DNA of 64,000 nucleotides from Nannocystis bainbridge. GTDB taxonomy: Bacteria; Myxococcota_A; Polyangia; Nannocystales; Nannocystaceae. The stretch lies in assembly GCF_028368995.1 (NCBI RefSeq), contig NZ_JAQNDL010000003.1, forward strand, positions 1,376,001 through 1,440,000. Reading direction: 5' to 3'. Numbering within the stretch: position 1 is the first letter of the stretch; the number at the start of each line of letters is the position of its first letter. Of this stretch, positions 48,466 through 58,223 are shown piece after piece. The position numbers and the translations under genes are program-made. The notes beneath the pieces were generated by a model that was not told the origin of the DNA, did no database searches, and saw only the letters and a list, made by a program, of their open reading frames with translations.

Positions 48466-50115
48466 ATGGCGCGAAGGCCCTGTCGCTTCGACCATGTCCT
48501 CCAGGCCATCCTGATCCTCTCCGCCTGCACCGCCCCGCCCCCGGCCCCGACGTCCGAGCCCGCGCCGTCCGCCCCGCCGGTCCAGGTCCGCGTCGAGGTC
48601 GTCACCCCTGGCGGCGGCGCCTCCGAGCTCGACGCCGAAGTCGCCCAGCCGATCGAGGCCGCGCTCGCCCGCCTGCCGGCGGTCCGGCGGCTCCACACCC
48701 GCAGCGACACCGGCCGCGTCGAGGTCGTCGCCACCCTCACCCACGCCGGCGCGATCGAGGCCGTGCGCGACGCCGTCACCGGCGTCCTCCCGTCCTTGCC
48801 GCCCGCCGCCGAGGCCCCGGCGCTCACCCGCCTCGACGGCGTCGTGCCGGCGCTGGCGCTCGTCACCCGCCCCGAGCACGCCGGCGCCGTTCAGAGCGCG
48901 CTCGAGCGGACCGCGGGCGTCGGCCGCGTCGAACTCTGCGGCGTCGGCGAGCCTCGCACCGCCGTCCTCCTCGATCGCACCCGCCTCGCCGGCGTCCCGC
49001 TCGACGCGCTCGTCGCCGCCGTCACCGCCGCCCTCGCCGACGACGACCCGGCCGCGTTGGAGCGCCTCGCCAGCCGACCGATCGCCGGCGCCCTGCAGCT
49101 CCGCGACGTCGCCGCGCTGCAGGACGGCCCGCGTCCGCCCGCGTGCCGGGCCTACGGCGCCCGCGGCCCCGTCGCCCTCGTGCTCGCCGCCACCCAGCCC
49201 GGCGCCGATCCATCTGACGTCGCCGCCCGCGCTCGCCCGCACGCCGTCGACCTCGTCTCGCCCACCGCCGATCTCTTCGCCGACCCCGTCCCGGCCGGGG
49301 GCGCCGAGCTGGCCGTCCTCACCGCCGAGCTGCGGCCGCGCGACGACCTCGGCAGCGCGCTCGCCGGCTGTCTCGCCGCCGTCCCCGACCTGCCCGCGTG
49401 GGCCCTCACCGTCGCCGCGCCCGACCCGGCCGGGCCGCTCGCGCGGGTCCGCCTGCTGGCCGGCGTCACCACGACCTTCCCCATCGAACATGTCCGGAGG
49501 GCCCTGTCCAAATGCGCAGGTGATTCACGGGTCGCCGTGGTCGCCCCGCGGCTCGCCGCCGACCACGCCGTGAGCCTGGCCGTGCAGGGCGCCGATCCCG
49601 GGCTGCGCGCCGACGTGGCCCATCGCCTCGGCGAGCGCATCGCCGGCTTGCCCGGCCTCACCGGCCTGCGGGTCCGCGCGCCCGGCCCCGCCTCGCAGAC
49701 CGTCGAGCTGCGCCGCGACGTCCTGGCCGCCCGCGGCGTCCCGCTCACCGCCGCCGTCGCCGTCGTCCGCCTCGCCCTCGGACCCGTCACCCTCCATCCT
49801 CCGTTCGTGGGCCGCGGCTCCCGGCTCCCGGTCGACATCGACCTGGTCGATCGAACAGGTCCCATCGACCCGCTGGTGCGCGAGCTTTACGTCGGCGCGC
49901 CGACCGGCCCGGTCCCGCTCGCCGACCTGGTCCAGATGCAGGCCTCCGCGGGCGGCCCGCTCGAGCGAATCGATCGCCAGCCCACCGCCTCCGTCGAGGT
50001 CCGCCTGCGCCGCGCCGCCGACGGAGACGCAGTCCGCCGCGCCGTCAAGCACTTCGAGCTCCCGCCGGGCGTCGCCGTCGTCGAGGGCGGCGAGCTGGCG
50101 GAATTCGGCCCCTGA
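48466..50115 (+). CDS. Lipoprotein resembling AcrB/CusA periplasmic subdomains without TM helices
   Basis: PGGGASELDAEVAQPIEAAL, LRDVA, VPLADL, IDRQPT; ILSAC lipobox. Confidence 0.6.
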   Translation: MARRPCRFDHVLQAILILSACTAPPPAPTSEPAPSAPPVQVRVEVVTPGGGASELDAEVAQPIEAALARLPAVRRLHTRSDTGRVEVVATLTHAGAIEAVRDAVTGVLPSLPPAAEAPALTRLDGVVPALALVTRPEHAGAVQSALERTAGVGRVELCGVGEPRTAVLLDRTRLAGVPLDALVAAVTAALADDDPAALERLASRPIAGALQLRDVAALQDGPRPPACRAYGARGPVALVLAATQPGADPSDVAARARPHAVDLVSPTADLFADPVPAGGAELAVLTAELRPRDDLGSALAGCLAAVPDLPAWALTVAAPDPAGPLARVRLLAGVTTTFPIEHVRRALSKCAGDSRVAVVAPRLAADHAVSLAVQGADPGLRADVAHRLGERIAGLPGLTGLRVRAPGPASQTVELRRDVLAARGVPLTAAVAVVRLALGPVTLHPPFVGRGSRLPVDIDLVDRTGPIDPLVRELYVGAPTGPVPLADLVQMQASAGGPLERIDRQPTASVEVRLRRAADGDAVRRAVKHFELPPGVAVVEGGELAEFGP

Positions 50116-50178
50116 GGCGTGGTCACACGCGTGTGCCTTCTTGTGCGGCCGGCGCTCGCTGGTCAAGCTGCTCGAGCC

Positions 50179-50574
50179 ATGACAGAGCCCCAAGCCTCCA
50201 GCCCCTGGCCGCGACGCGTCGGCATCGCCCTCTCCGTCCTCCCGGTCGCCATGCTGCTCTTCAGCGCGTCGGCCAAGCTCGGCTCCAACCCCGAGGCCGT
50301 CGCCGGCTTCAAGGCGATGGGCTACCCCGACGGCGCGCTGCTGAAGCTCGGCATCATCGAGCTGGTCGCCACCATCCTCTACGCCATCCCGGCCACCGCC
50401 GTCCTCGGCGCGATCCTCGTGACCGGCTACCTCGGCGGCGCCGTCGACGTGCACGTCCGCGGCGGCGACGAGCTCGGCAAGATCTTGTTCCCCGTGATCC
50501 TCGGCGTCATCGCCTGGGCCGGCCTCTACCTCCGCGACCCTCGCCTCCGCGCCCTCCTGCCGATCAAGCGGTGA
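50179..50574 (+). CDS. DoxX family membrane protein
   Basis: LFSASAK, GIIEL, LGAILVTGYLGGAV, YLRDPRL. Confidence 0.88.
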   Translation: MTEPQASSPWPRRVGIALSVLPVAMLLFSASAKLGSNPEAVAGFKAMGYPDGALLKLGIIELVATILYAIPATAVLGAILVTGYLGGAVDVHVRGGDELGKILFPVILGVIAWAGLYLRDPRLRALLPIKR

Positions 50575-50582
50575 TCCACCGC

Positions 50583-50870
50583 CGCGGCGAGCTCCTCCCC
50601 CGAGCTCGCCCGCATCGCTCGAATTGCGGACCCGCGGCTTCGAAGAGTTTCCTCGCCCCGCGCATCGTGCTCGCAGCATCGCGAGCCCGCTCGTCACGAA
50701 CCCGCCGCCTCCGCGAGCCCCTCGCCCGGCGCATCGTGCTCGCGGCATTGCGAGCGAGCTCGCTCGCTGCCTCCGTGCCGAGCTCGGCGGAATCACTGCA
50801 TCCTCGACTCGAGCCGCAGCTTCCTTCTCGAGCAACTTCGCCCTCGTGCGAGCTCGACCTCGGCTGCCCC
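50583..50870. repeat. Degenerate intergenic repeat (cctcgccc..gcatcgtgctcgc.gcat)
   Basis: Near-identical copies at ~50651 and ~50720 plus weaker ones. Confidence 0.5.
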
Positions 50871-51020
50871 CACCTGTCCGCCCGGGCTCCTGCGTCATGC
50901 CGGCCGCGCTCGCGAACTGCACGCACGACAGCCCTGTCAGGCTCCATGCGCCTGCGATCCGGCCCTGGGACAATTTCTCAATGATCCCGCCATGGCACGA
51001 GCCTCGCTTAGGGGCCGGGC

Positions 51021-51989
51021 ATGACCCGCACCGTCCTCACCGTCGCCTCGCTCCTGCTCGCCCCCGCCCTGCTCGCCTGTGACAGCAAGCCCGAGCCGGG
51101 CGACGACACCGGCAACATCGCTGCCAGCGAGGGCACCGACAGCGACGGCACCGACAGCGACGGCACCGAGGGCACCGCGAGCCCCGGGGACCCGACCGAG
51201 GGCACCGGCACCGGCACCGAGGGCGAGGGCACCACCACTGGTAACGTCGAGGAGGCCGTCTGCACCCCGGAGATCGTCGGCGACGCCCGGACCTGCGAGG
51301 GCGGCACCCAGTTCTGCAGCACCGACTTCGCCGTGCCCGACGCCAAGTACTTCTGGGGCCCCTGCCTCGCCGCCCCCGTCTGCCAGCCCGGTGAGGAGCA
51401 GGGCTGCAACACCTGCGAGCTGCGGGCCGACGGCGTGCCCGAGTGGGTCGACACCTGCGACGAGGGCGGCACCACCACCCCGCTCGTCCTCAACTTCGGC
51501 GCCGACCCGGTCCGTTACGCCAGCTCGGCCGCCGACTTCGACCTCGGCCCGGCCTGCGGCGCCACCGACTGGCCGACCGCCACCACCCCGTGGCTCGCCT
51601 TCGACCGCGACAGCTCCGGCGCCATCGAGGCCGGCCGCGAGCTGTTCGGCAGCGCCACCGTCCTGCGCGCCGGCGGCCTGGCCGACAACGGCTTCACCGC
51701 CCTCGCCGAGCTCGACCAGGATCGCGACGGCAAGATCTCCGCCAGCGACCCCGCCTTCGCCCGCCTCCTCCTGTGGGCCGACCACGACGCCGACCGCCGC
51801 TCGACCGCGTGGGAGCTGACCCCCATCACCTCCGCCGGCATCGTCGCCATCGGCCTCACCTACCGCAACGACTCGCGCTGCGACGGCCGCTCCAACTGCG
51901 AGATCGAACGCGCCGCCTTCACCTACCGCGACGCCCTCGGCCGCGAGAGCGTCGGCGAGATCGTCGACGTCCACCTGTCCTGCCAGTGA
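51021..51989 (+). CDS. Lipoprotein with Cys-rich region and Ca-binding module resembling the FrpC self-processing module
   Basis: TPLVL, WLAFDRDSSGAIEAGRELFG, NGFTALAELDQDRDGKISASDPAF..LLLW. Confidence 0.7.
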   Translation: MTRTVLTVASLLLAPALLACDSKPEPGDDTGNIAASEGTDSDGTDSDGTEGTASPGDPTEGTGTGTEGEGTTTGNVEEAVCTPEIVGDARTCEGGTQFCSTDFAVPDAKYFWGPCLAAPVCQPGEEQGCNTCELRADGVPEWVDTCDEGGTTTPLVLNFGADPVRYASSAADFDLGPACGATDWPTATTPWLAFDRDSSGAIEAGRELFGSATVLRAGGLADNGFTALAELDQDRDGKISASDPAFARLLLWADHDADRRSTAWELTPITSAGIVAIGLTYRNDSRCDGRSNCEIERAAFTYRDALGRESVGEIVDVHLSCQ

Positions 51990-52538
51990 GCCTCACCGAG
52001 GCCCTCTGACGACCGCGCCGGCCCCCGCCTGCGCGGTCGTCGACGTCTGGCCCCACGACGCGGGCGGCGAATCTCGCCATCCACGGTCGCGCTGCGATCG
52101 TCGCGTCCCGGCGATCGCCGCCCGGCGGACTCGCTAGAATCACGGCGCGGCGTCGATCGACACCCCGCGAACTCGCTGCGAATCAATCCGCGCGGCGTCG
52201 AGTTCTCGCCCACGAGCTCGTGGTCTTCGAGGCCCCTCGCCAGCTGCTGTCACATGCACCTTCGGACATGCCCGAAGGGTCATGTCTCGTCATGACCTCA
52301 CCCCGCCCCGGACCGCGGCGCCTCGATCGCCGGCCCGGTCGAGCCCGCCGGGCCGCCCCCGCCTGGCCCCTCGCTGCCCGCGCGACCGCGCGCCCCGCGG
52401 CGAACCTGTCCGAAGGGCCATCCTTTCCCATCCTCGCCCGAGGCCGGTTTGGGGCCCCTGTGCCACCGGGGCGGCCCGCGCGGGCTCCGCCGTCGTTGCA
52501 CGGGCCCCGCGGCGGGCGTAGGCTTGCGACACTCCACC

Positions 52539-53264
52539 ATGTTTCTCGGCATTCGACGCGCGATCTCCCTCCTCCTGCTGAGCCTCTACTTCTGGAATTT
52601 CCTGCTCGTCGCCCTGGTGGGCCCGGAGGACCTGTACGCCTGCTACGCCGCCCTGGCCGCGGTCTACGGGGTCGCCTTCGTCGGCGTCGCCGCCGAGTGG
52701 TTCTGGGCCCGGTGGTTTGCCATCGGCCTCGGCCAGTTCGGGGCCTTCTCGCTGCTGGCGCTGCCGCAGACGGGGCCCGAGCCGTCGCTGCTGGTGTTCG
52801 GCATCTCGCACGTCCTGGTCGCGCTGTTCCTCGGCGGTGAGGGCATGGCCGCCCGCTACGAGCGGAGCGAGGCCTGCGTCGAGCGTTACAACTTCCAGGA
52901 GGAGTCGCTGATCCTGCTCCGCCGCTCGATCAAGTCGGCGGGCATGTCGCTGCCCTTCCTCATCCTCTTCACCCTCGCCCCGCGGCAGGACGCCCTGCAC
53001 CTGACGGCGCTCGGCCTCGGCGTCGCCGCCCTGGTCGGCCTGATCCGTCGCCGCACCTGGGCCCTGTTCGCCGCCGCCGGCGCGGGCGCGATCGCCCTGG
53101 GCGACGGCCTCGGCCTGTTCGGCGCCCCGACCCACGGCTACTTCCTCACCACCCCGAGCGGCAGCCTGATCCTCCACGGCCCCGGCTTCGCCCTGCTCGC
53201 CTCGCTCATGCTGCTGGTGCCCCTCGCGTTCGCCCGCCCGATCGCCCGCTGGCTGCGCGCTTGA
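52539..53264 (+). CDS. Hypothetical multi-pass membrane protein
   Basis: Seven to eight hydrophobic segments. Confidence 0.7.
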   Translation: MFLGIRRAISLLLLSLYFWNFLLVALVGPEDLYACYAALAAVYGVAFVGVAAEWFWARWFAIGLGQFGAFSLLALPQTGPEPSLLVFGISHVLVALFLGGEGMAARYERSEACVERYNFQEESLILLRRSIKSAGMSLPFLILFTLAPRQDALHLTALGLGVAALVGLIRRRTWALFAAAGAGAIALGDGLGLFGAPTHGYFLTTPSGSLILHGPGFALLASLMLLVPLAFARPIARWLRA

Positions 53265-53462
53265 GGCGGCCGGCTCGCGCCGGTCTCTTCAGACATGAAT
53301 GTTGGGCCAGGTCTCTTGGGACCTGGCCCTTTGTACATGGGGCGGCAGCGCCCCGCAGATAACTACCCGGACGTCACGTGTCTGGGGGCGCGGGCCCACG
53401 CGCCCGACCGGAGGTTTCTGCCTCATTGATTCGCGAGACACGCGCCGCTACCGTGTGCGGCC

Positions 53463-54971
53463 GTGGGCGCTCGCTTTCCTTTCCCTTCGTTTCCGCGTGG
53501 TTGGTTCGTCATCGGCTTCCCCGAGGACATCGCTCCCGGGCAGGTCAAGACCCTCCGTTACTTCGCGGAGGACATCGTCGTGTTCCGCACCGAGTCGGGC
53601 GTGCTGTCGGCGGTCGACAAGACCTGCCCGCACCTCGGCGCCCACCTCGGCGGCGGCCACGTCAAGGGTGAGTGCCTGCGCTGCCCGTTCCACGACTGGG
53701 GCTTCCGCACCGACGGCGTCGTCGTCGACGTCCCGTACGCGCCGAAGATCCCGGCCAAGGCCGCGGTCAAGACCTGGCACATCCGCGAGCAGAACGGCGT
53801 GATCCTGGCCTGGTACTGCCCCAAGGGCGAAGCCCCGGCCTACGAGGTCCCGGTGCTCGACGAGGAGGGCTGGACCGGCAACAAGACCGTGCGATGGGTC
53901 GTGCGCTCGCACCCGCAGGAGGTCGCCGAGAACACCGTCGACTGCTCGCACCTCGGCCCGGTCCACCACGTCGGCCGCACCGACGTGCTCTCGGTCGAGC
54001 AGGAGGGCCACTTCATGCGCGTCGTCCTCCAGATGGAGGCCTCGGGCGCGCCGATCGACATGCCCGACGAGTTCAACGACGTCCAGCTCGACGTCAAGCT
54101 GTACGGCATCGGCCACATCGTCTCGTCGACCACCGTGCTTACCTCGGACATGCAAACGCGCCAGCGGATCTACCCGACCCCGATCGACGAGGACACGATC
54201 GCGATCTTCGGCGTCAGCAACATCCGGCAGATGGCGGACGAGGGCTACACCCGCGAGATCGAGGACATCTTTTACCGGGCGTTCTTGGCCGACTTCCCCA
54301 AGGACTTCCCGATCTGGGAGAACAAGGCCTACCTCGACAAGCCGATGCTCGCCGGCGGAGACGGCCCGATCGGTCGCTACCGCCGCTGGTGCCGCCAGTT
54401 CTACGACTACCCCGAGGCCGCCCCCGCGCAGCCCGCCGCCGCCGCTGCCGCGCAACCGCTGGCCGCGCCCGTCACCGCGATCGCCAAGCTCAAGGGCTGG
54501 CTGCGCAACCTGGCCCAGGCCCCGGCCGCCAACGGCAACGGCGACAACAACAGCGGCAGCAACAACGACGCCGGCCTCGACGCCCACCTGATCGACCTCG
54601 GCCCCCGCAAGCCGCGAGCCGTCGCCGCCACCAGCAAGTTCGCCTCGGTCGGCGACTACTTCGACAGCCTCGAGAAGCGCTTCAACCCGGCCGCCGCCGG
54701 CGACCTGACGGCCGTCATCCAGTGGGTGCTCACCGGCGACAAGGCCTGCACCTACTTCGCCGAGATCAAGGACGGCAACGTCCAGCGCGTCGCCGGCACC
54801 CACCCGGCGCCGACGATCACCATCGAGATGTCGGCCGACGACTACCTGCTCATGATCAACGGCGAGCTCAACGGCGCTCGCGCCTTCTCGACCGGCCGCG
54901 GGCGCCTGCGCGGCCCCGTGCGCCTGGCGATGAAGATGCAGCGCCTGTTCCCGCTCGAGGCCGCGGTCTGA
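53463..54971 (+). CDS. Rieske oxygenase (KshA/Neverland-like) fused to SCP2 sterol-binding domain
   Basis: CPHLG...CPFH Rieske, ENTVDCSHLGPVH iron site, DFPIWENK, C-terminal AFSTGRGRLRGPVRLAMKM. Confidence 0.85.
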   Translation: MGARFPFPSFPRGWFVIGFPEDIAPGQVKTLRYFAEDIVVFRTESGVLSAVDKTCPHLGAHLGGGHVKGECLRCPFHDWGFRTDGVVVDVPYAPKIPAKAAVKTWHIREQNGVILAWYCPKGEAPAYEVPVLDEEGWTGNKTVRWVVRSHPQEVAENTVDCSHLGPVHHVGRTDVLSVEQEGHFMRVVLQMEASGAPIDMPDEFNDVQLDVKLYGIGHIVSSTTVLTSDMQTRQRIYPTPIDEDTIAIFGVSNIRQMADEGYTREIEDIFYRAFLADFPKDFPIWENKAYLDKPMLAGGDGPIGRYRRWCRQFYDYPEAAPAQPAAAAAAQPLAAPVTAIAKLKGWLRNLAQAPAANGNGDNNSGSNNDAGLDAHLIDLGPRKPRAVAATSKFASVGDYFDSLEKRFNPAAAGDLTAVIQWVLTGDKACTYFAEIKDGNVQRVAGTHPAPTITIEMSADDYLLMINGELNGARAFSTGRGRLRGPVRLAMKMQRLFPLEAAV

Positions 54972-54973
54972 AC

Positions 54974-55768
54974 ATGGACGAGCTCCTGCGCTGGCTGGCC
55001 CTCGCGTTCTGGTCGATCGTCGGCGGCCTCGTCATCGTCTGGGGCGTCGCCGGCTACTACCACGTCCGCTACTACGTCCTCCGCCGCCACGAGCCCGAGA
55101 CCTGGAAGTGCCAGCCCCGGCGCTGGCTACGGCCCGAGCAGCAGCGCCAGGCGATGCGGCTGACGACCATGAACATGACGATCGGCGGGCTGCTGTCGGG
55201 CACCTTCATCTGGTGCCTCGACCGCGGCCTGCCGACCGGCCTCTACTTCGACTTCGCCGAGCGCGGCTGGGCGTGGTTCCTCTTCAGCAGCGCCGCCTTC
55301 TTCCTGCTGGTCGACCTGCTGGCCTACTACGCCCACCGGGCGATGCACCACAAGCGGGTGTTCCGCCACGTCCACGCGTGGCACCACCGCTACGTCGCCA
55401 CCACCCCGTTCGTCGTCACGGCGATGCACCCGGCCGAGTTCTTGACCTTCCAGGCGGTCACCTTCTTGCCGATGCTGTTCCTGCCGATCTACTTCCTCAC
55501 GGCGATCGCGGTGTTCGTCTACATCCTGGTGTTCAACATCATCGACCACTCGGGCGTGAAGCTGAGCTCGCGCTGGCCGTGGCAGGGCCCGACCAGCTTC
55601 CACGACGACCACCACGCCCACTTCCACTGCAACTTCGGCCAGTGCCTGCTGCTGTGGGACCGCCTCCACGGCACCCTCCGCCGCAAGAACCGCCGCTACG
55701 GCGCCGACGTCTACGGCGGCCGTGGATCGGGCGGAACCACCGAAGACGAATTCGTCACGTACAAATGA
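54974..55768 (+). CDS. Sterol desaturase / fatty-acid-hydroxylase superfamily protein (ERG3-like)
   Basis: His boxes HRAMH, HAWHH, HDDHH; HP, NFGQ, WDRLHGT. Confidence 0.88.
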   Translation: MDELLRWLALAFWSIVGGLVIVWGVAGYYHVRYYVLRRHEPETWKCQPRRWLRPEQQRQAMRLTTMNMTIGGLLSGTFIWCLDRGLPTGLYFDFAERGWAWFLFSSAAFFLLVDLLAYYAHRAMHHKRVFRHVHAWHHRYVATTPFVVTAMHPAEFLTFQAVTFLPMLFLPIYFLTAIAVFVYILVFNIIDHSGVKLSSRWPWQGPTSFHDDHHAHFHCNFGQCLLLWDRLHGTLRRKNRRYGADVYGGRGSGGTTEDEFVTYK

Positions 55769-55829
55769 CCCCGACGCGGCCCGCTCGCCGCCTCGCCTCG
55801 ACGACCTCCCGCGCCCCGATCGACCTCGC

Positions 55830-56975
55830 ATGCACGCTCCCTGGGACCTCGCCCCGCACCTGCCCTGGCACGTCTTCACCAACCCCGCCGACAAGTGGGC
55901 GACGATGCCGTCGTTCCTGCTCGGCGAGTACCTGTTCTACGCCTGCGCCGCCCTGGCGTTCACCCACGCGTGGAAGCAGGGCGCCGAGCGGCGCAAGCAC
56001 CTGCTCGCGTGGTTCGGCGCGCTGCTGGCCGGCACCGCCAACGACATGATCTTCATGGCCCTGCCGCTGGTCGACAACTTCTGGCAGGCGCAGTCGACGA
56101 TCATGATCACGCCGCGGCTGCCGCTGTACATCCCCTGCGTCTACGTCTGCTTCATGTACTTCCCGACGGTGTCGGTGTGGCGCCTCGGCCTGCCGCCGCT
56201 GGCCCGCGCCGCCCTCACCGGCCTCGCCGGCAGCCTGTTCTACGCCCCCTATGACATCACCGGCGCCAAGTTCCTGTGGTGGACCTGGCACGACAGCGAC
56301 GCCCCGATCGCCAGCCGACTGCTCGGCGCGCCGATCGGCAGCACCATGTGGGTCATCACCTTCGTCGCCGCCTTCTCGTGGCTGCTCGGCAAAGCCACCG
56401 ACCGCGACCCCGCCGTGGCCGGCAAGACGGTCGCCAAGGGCCTCGCGCTGGTGTGCGGCCTCAGCACGCTGCTGATGATGCTGCAGCTCAACGTCCTCCA
56501 GCAGCTCGACGGCGGCGTCCCGGGGCCGATCGGCCTCGTCACCGTGATCGCCCTGTACGGCCTGCTGATCTGGCGCGGAGCCAGGCGCGCCGACCCGGCC
56601 GAGCCGCGCCGCGCCGACCGGATCCTCCACGCCGCGGTGGTCCTCTACTTCACAAGCCTGGCCGTGATCATGGCGACCTTCACGCCCGAGGACCACGTCA
56701 GCGCGAGCATGCACCAGACCTACGGCCAGTGCCACGTCGAGGCCACCGACATCACCGGCCACACCCGCTGGCTTTACGTGTGCGCCGAGGACTTCGACGA
56801 GGACTACTCGTTCGACGGGGTCAAGCTGCCGAGCGACGGCGCCGAGTGGTACACCGTCACCGGCCGCCCGCACACCAGCTACCCGAAGTGGCTGGCCGGC
56901 GTGTCCGGCCTCGGCCTCGCCGGCATCGCCCTCTACTCGTTCCTGCTCGGCCCGCTGCGCCGCCGCCGTCGCTGA
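55830..56975 (+). CDS. Hypothetical multi-pass membrane protein co-oriented with sterol-type genes
   Basis: DNFWQAQ, RLPLY, PYDITGAKFLWWTWH, YVCAEDFDEDY; about 8 TM segments. Confidence 0.7.
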   Translation: MHAPWDLAPHLPWHVFTNPADKWATMPSFLLGEYLFYACAALAFTHAWKQGAERRKHLLAWFGALLAGTANDMIFMALPLVDNFWQAQSTIMITPRLPLYIPCVYVCFMYFPTVSVWRLGLPPLARAALTGLAGSLFYAPYDITGAKFLWWTWHDSDAPIASRLLGAPIGSTMWVITFVAAFSWLLGKATDRDPAVAGKTVAKGLALVCGLSTLLMMLQLNVLQQLDGGVPGPIGLVTVIALYGLLIWRGARRADPAEPRRADRILHAAVVLYFTSLAVIMATFTPEDHVSASMHQTYGQCHVEATDITGHTRWLYVCAEDFDEDYSFDGVKLPSDGAEWYTVTGRPHTSYPKWLAGVSGLGLAGIALYSFLLGPLRRRRR

Positions 56976-56988
56976 CGGCTCGCTCTTG

Positions 56989-57068
56989 GGACATGTCACC
57001 CGCGACATGTCCCTCGCACCATGCACGAAGGGACATGCCCACGAGGGCATGTCCCTTTCACCATGTCC
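56989..57068. repeat. Six-unit 14-bp-period palindrome array
   Basis: CATG at 56992, 57006, 57020, 57034, 57048, 57062. Confidence 0.92.
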
Positions 57069-57080
57069 GCTCTGGGAGCG

Positions 57081-58199
57081 TCAGGTCGCCGCGCCGTAGC
57101 CGGGGATCACCTCGGCGAGCGCCTTGGCCAGCACGTCGAGCTCGGCGTTCGTGCCGACGCCGACGCGCAGGCAGCCGCCCAGGCGCGGCAGGCCCGAGGC
57201 GTCCTTGACCAGGACCCCGCGCTGGGCCAGCTCCAGAGCGACGCGAGTGGCCTCGCCGGGCGGGTCGAGGCGGACGACCGCGAAGTTGGCGGAGGCGGGG
57301 AAGAGCTTGGCCTTGGGGATCTTGCCGAGGATCCCGACCAGCTTCTGCCGCGCCGCCAGGCTGCGGGTCAGCATCGCCTTCTGCACGCCCTCGAACTTGG
57401 TCAGCACCAGCTCGGCGATCGCCTGGCTGGTGGCCGACACGTTGTACGGGTTGCGGACCACGTTGAGCGGCCGCCGCAGCGCCGGCGGGGCCACGCAGTA
57501 GCCGACCCGCAGCGCCGCCAGCCCGATCTTCGACAGCGTCGACATGTAGACCACGTTGTCGGGCAGGCCCGCGCGCCACAGCGACGCCCCCGGCGCGTAC
57601 GAGATGTACGCCTCGTCGAGCACGAACACCGTCCCCGGGTGCTGCGCGATCAGCCGCTCGATCACCGCCGCGTCCCACAGGCTGCTGGTCGGGTTGTTCG
57701 GCCGGGCCAGGAAACACAGCGCCGCGCCAGTGGCGACGTCGAGCGCCTCGTGCAGCAGCGGCTCGTCGAGCTCGAGCTCCTCGGTGAGAGGCACCTCGAG
57801 CACGCCGATCCCGCGGCAGCGCGCCGCGTGGCCGTACATGTGGAAGGTCGGCGTCGGCACGACGAGGAAGCTCGGCTCGCTCGGCCGTCCGCCCAGCGCG
57901 GTCAGCAGGAAGCCGATGATCTCGTCGCTGCCGCAGCCGATCACCACCGCCTCCGGGTCGACCCCGTGGCGCTGGGCCAGCAGCGCCCGCAGCTTGCGCC
58001 CCGACGTGTCGGGATAGCGGGCCAGCTCGATCTGCGCCACCCGCTTGCCGATCTCCTGCATCACCTCCATCGGCCACGGCTCGGCCAGCTCGTTGGACGC
58101 AAGGCGTGCCTTGGCCGGCACTGGCTCGATGTCATATACGTCGAGACCCGCGAGCGCAGGCCGCAGGTGGCGGGTCCATTCAGATGTCGTCATGAACAT
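57081..58199 (-). CDS. hisC: Histidinol-phosphate aminotransferase
   Basis: LASNE, RYPD, GSDE, PNNPT, DEAY, TLSK...LRVGY; downstream of hisD. Confidence 0.92.
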   Translation of the reverse strand: MFMTTSEWTRHLRPALAGLDVYDIEPVPAKARLASNELAEPWPMEVMQEIGKRVAQIELARYPDTSGRKLRALLAQRHGVDPEAVVIGCGSDEIIGFLLTALGGRPSEPSFLVVPTPTFHMYGHAARCRGIGVLEVPLTEELELDEPLLHEALDVATGAALCFLARPNNPTSSLWDAAVIERLIAQHPGTVFVLDEAYISYAPGASLWRAGLPDNVVYMSTLSKIGLAALRVGYCVAPPALRRPLNVVRNPYNVSATSQAIAELVLTKFEGVQKAMLTRSLAARQKLVGILGKIPKAKLFPASANFAVVRLDPPGEATRVALELAQRGVLVKDASGLPRLGGCLRVGVGTNAELDVLAKALAEVIPGYGAAT

Positions 58200-58223
58200 G
58201 TCCTCCGGGTCATGTCTTAAGTG

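Noticed and set aside
56989-57068. GGACATGTCC matches the eukaryotic p53 half-site
   Set aside because: Treated as coincidence: bacterial DNA, 14-bp phase, and CCTG/CAGG variants.
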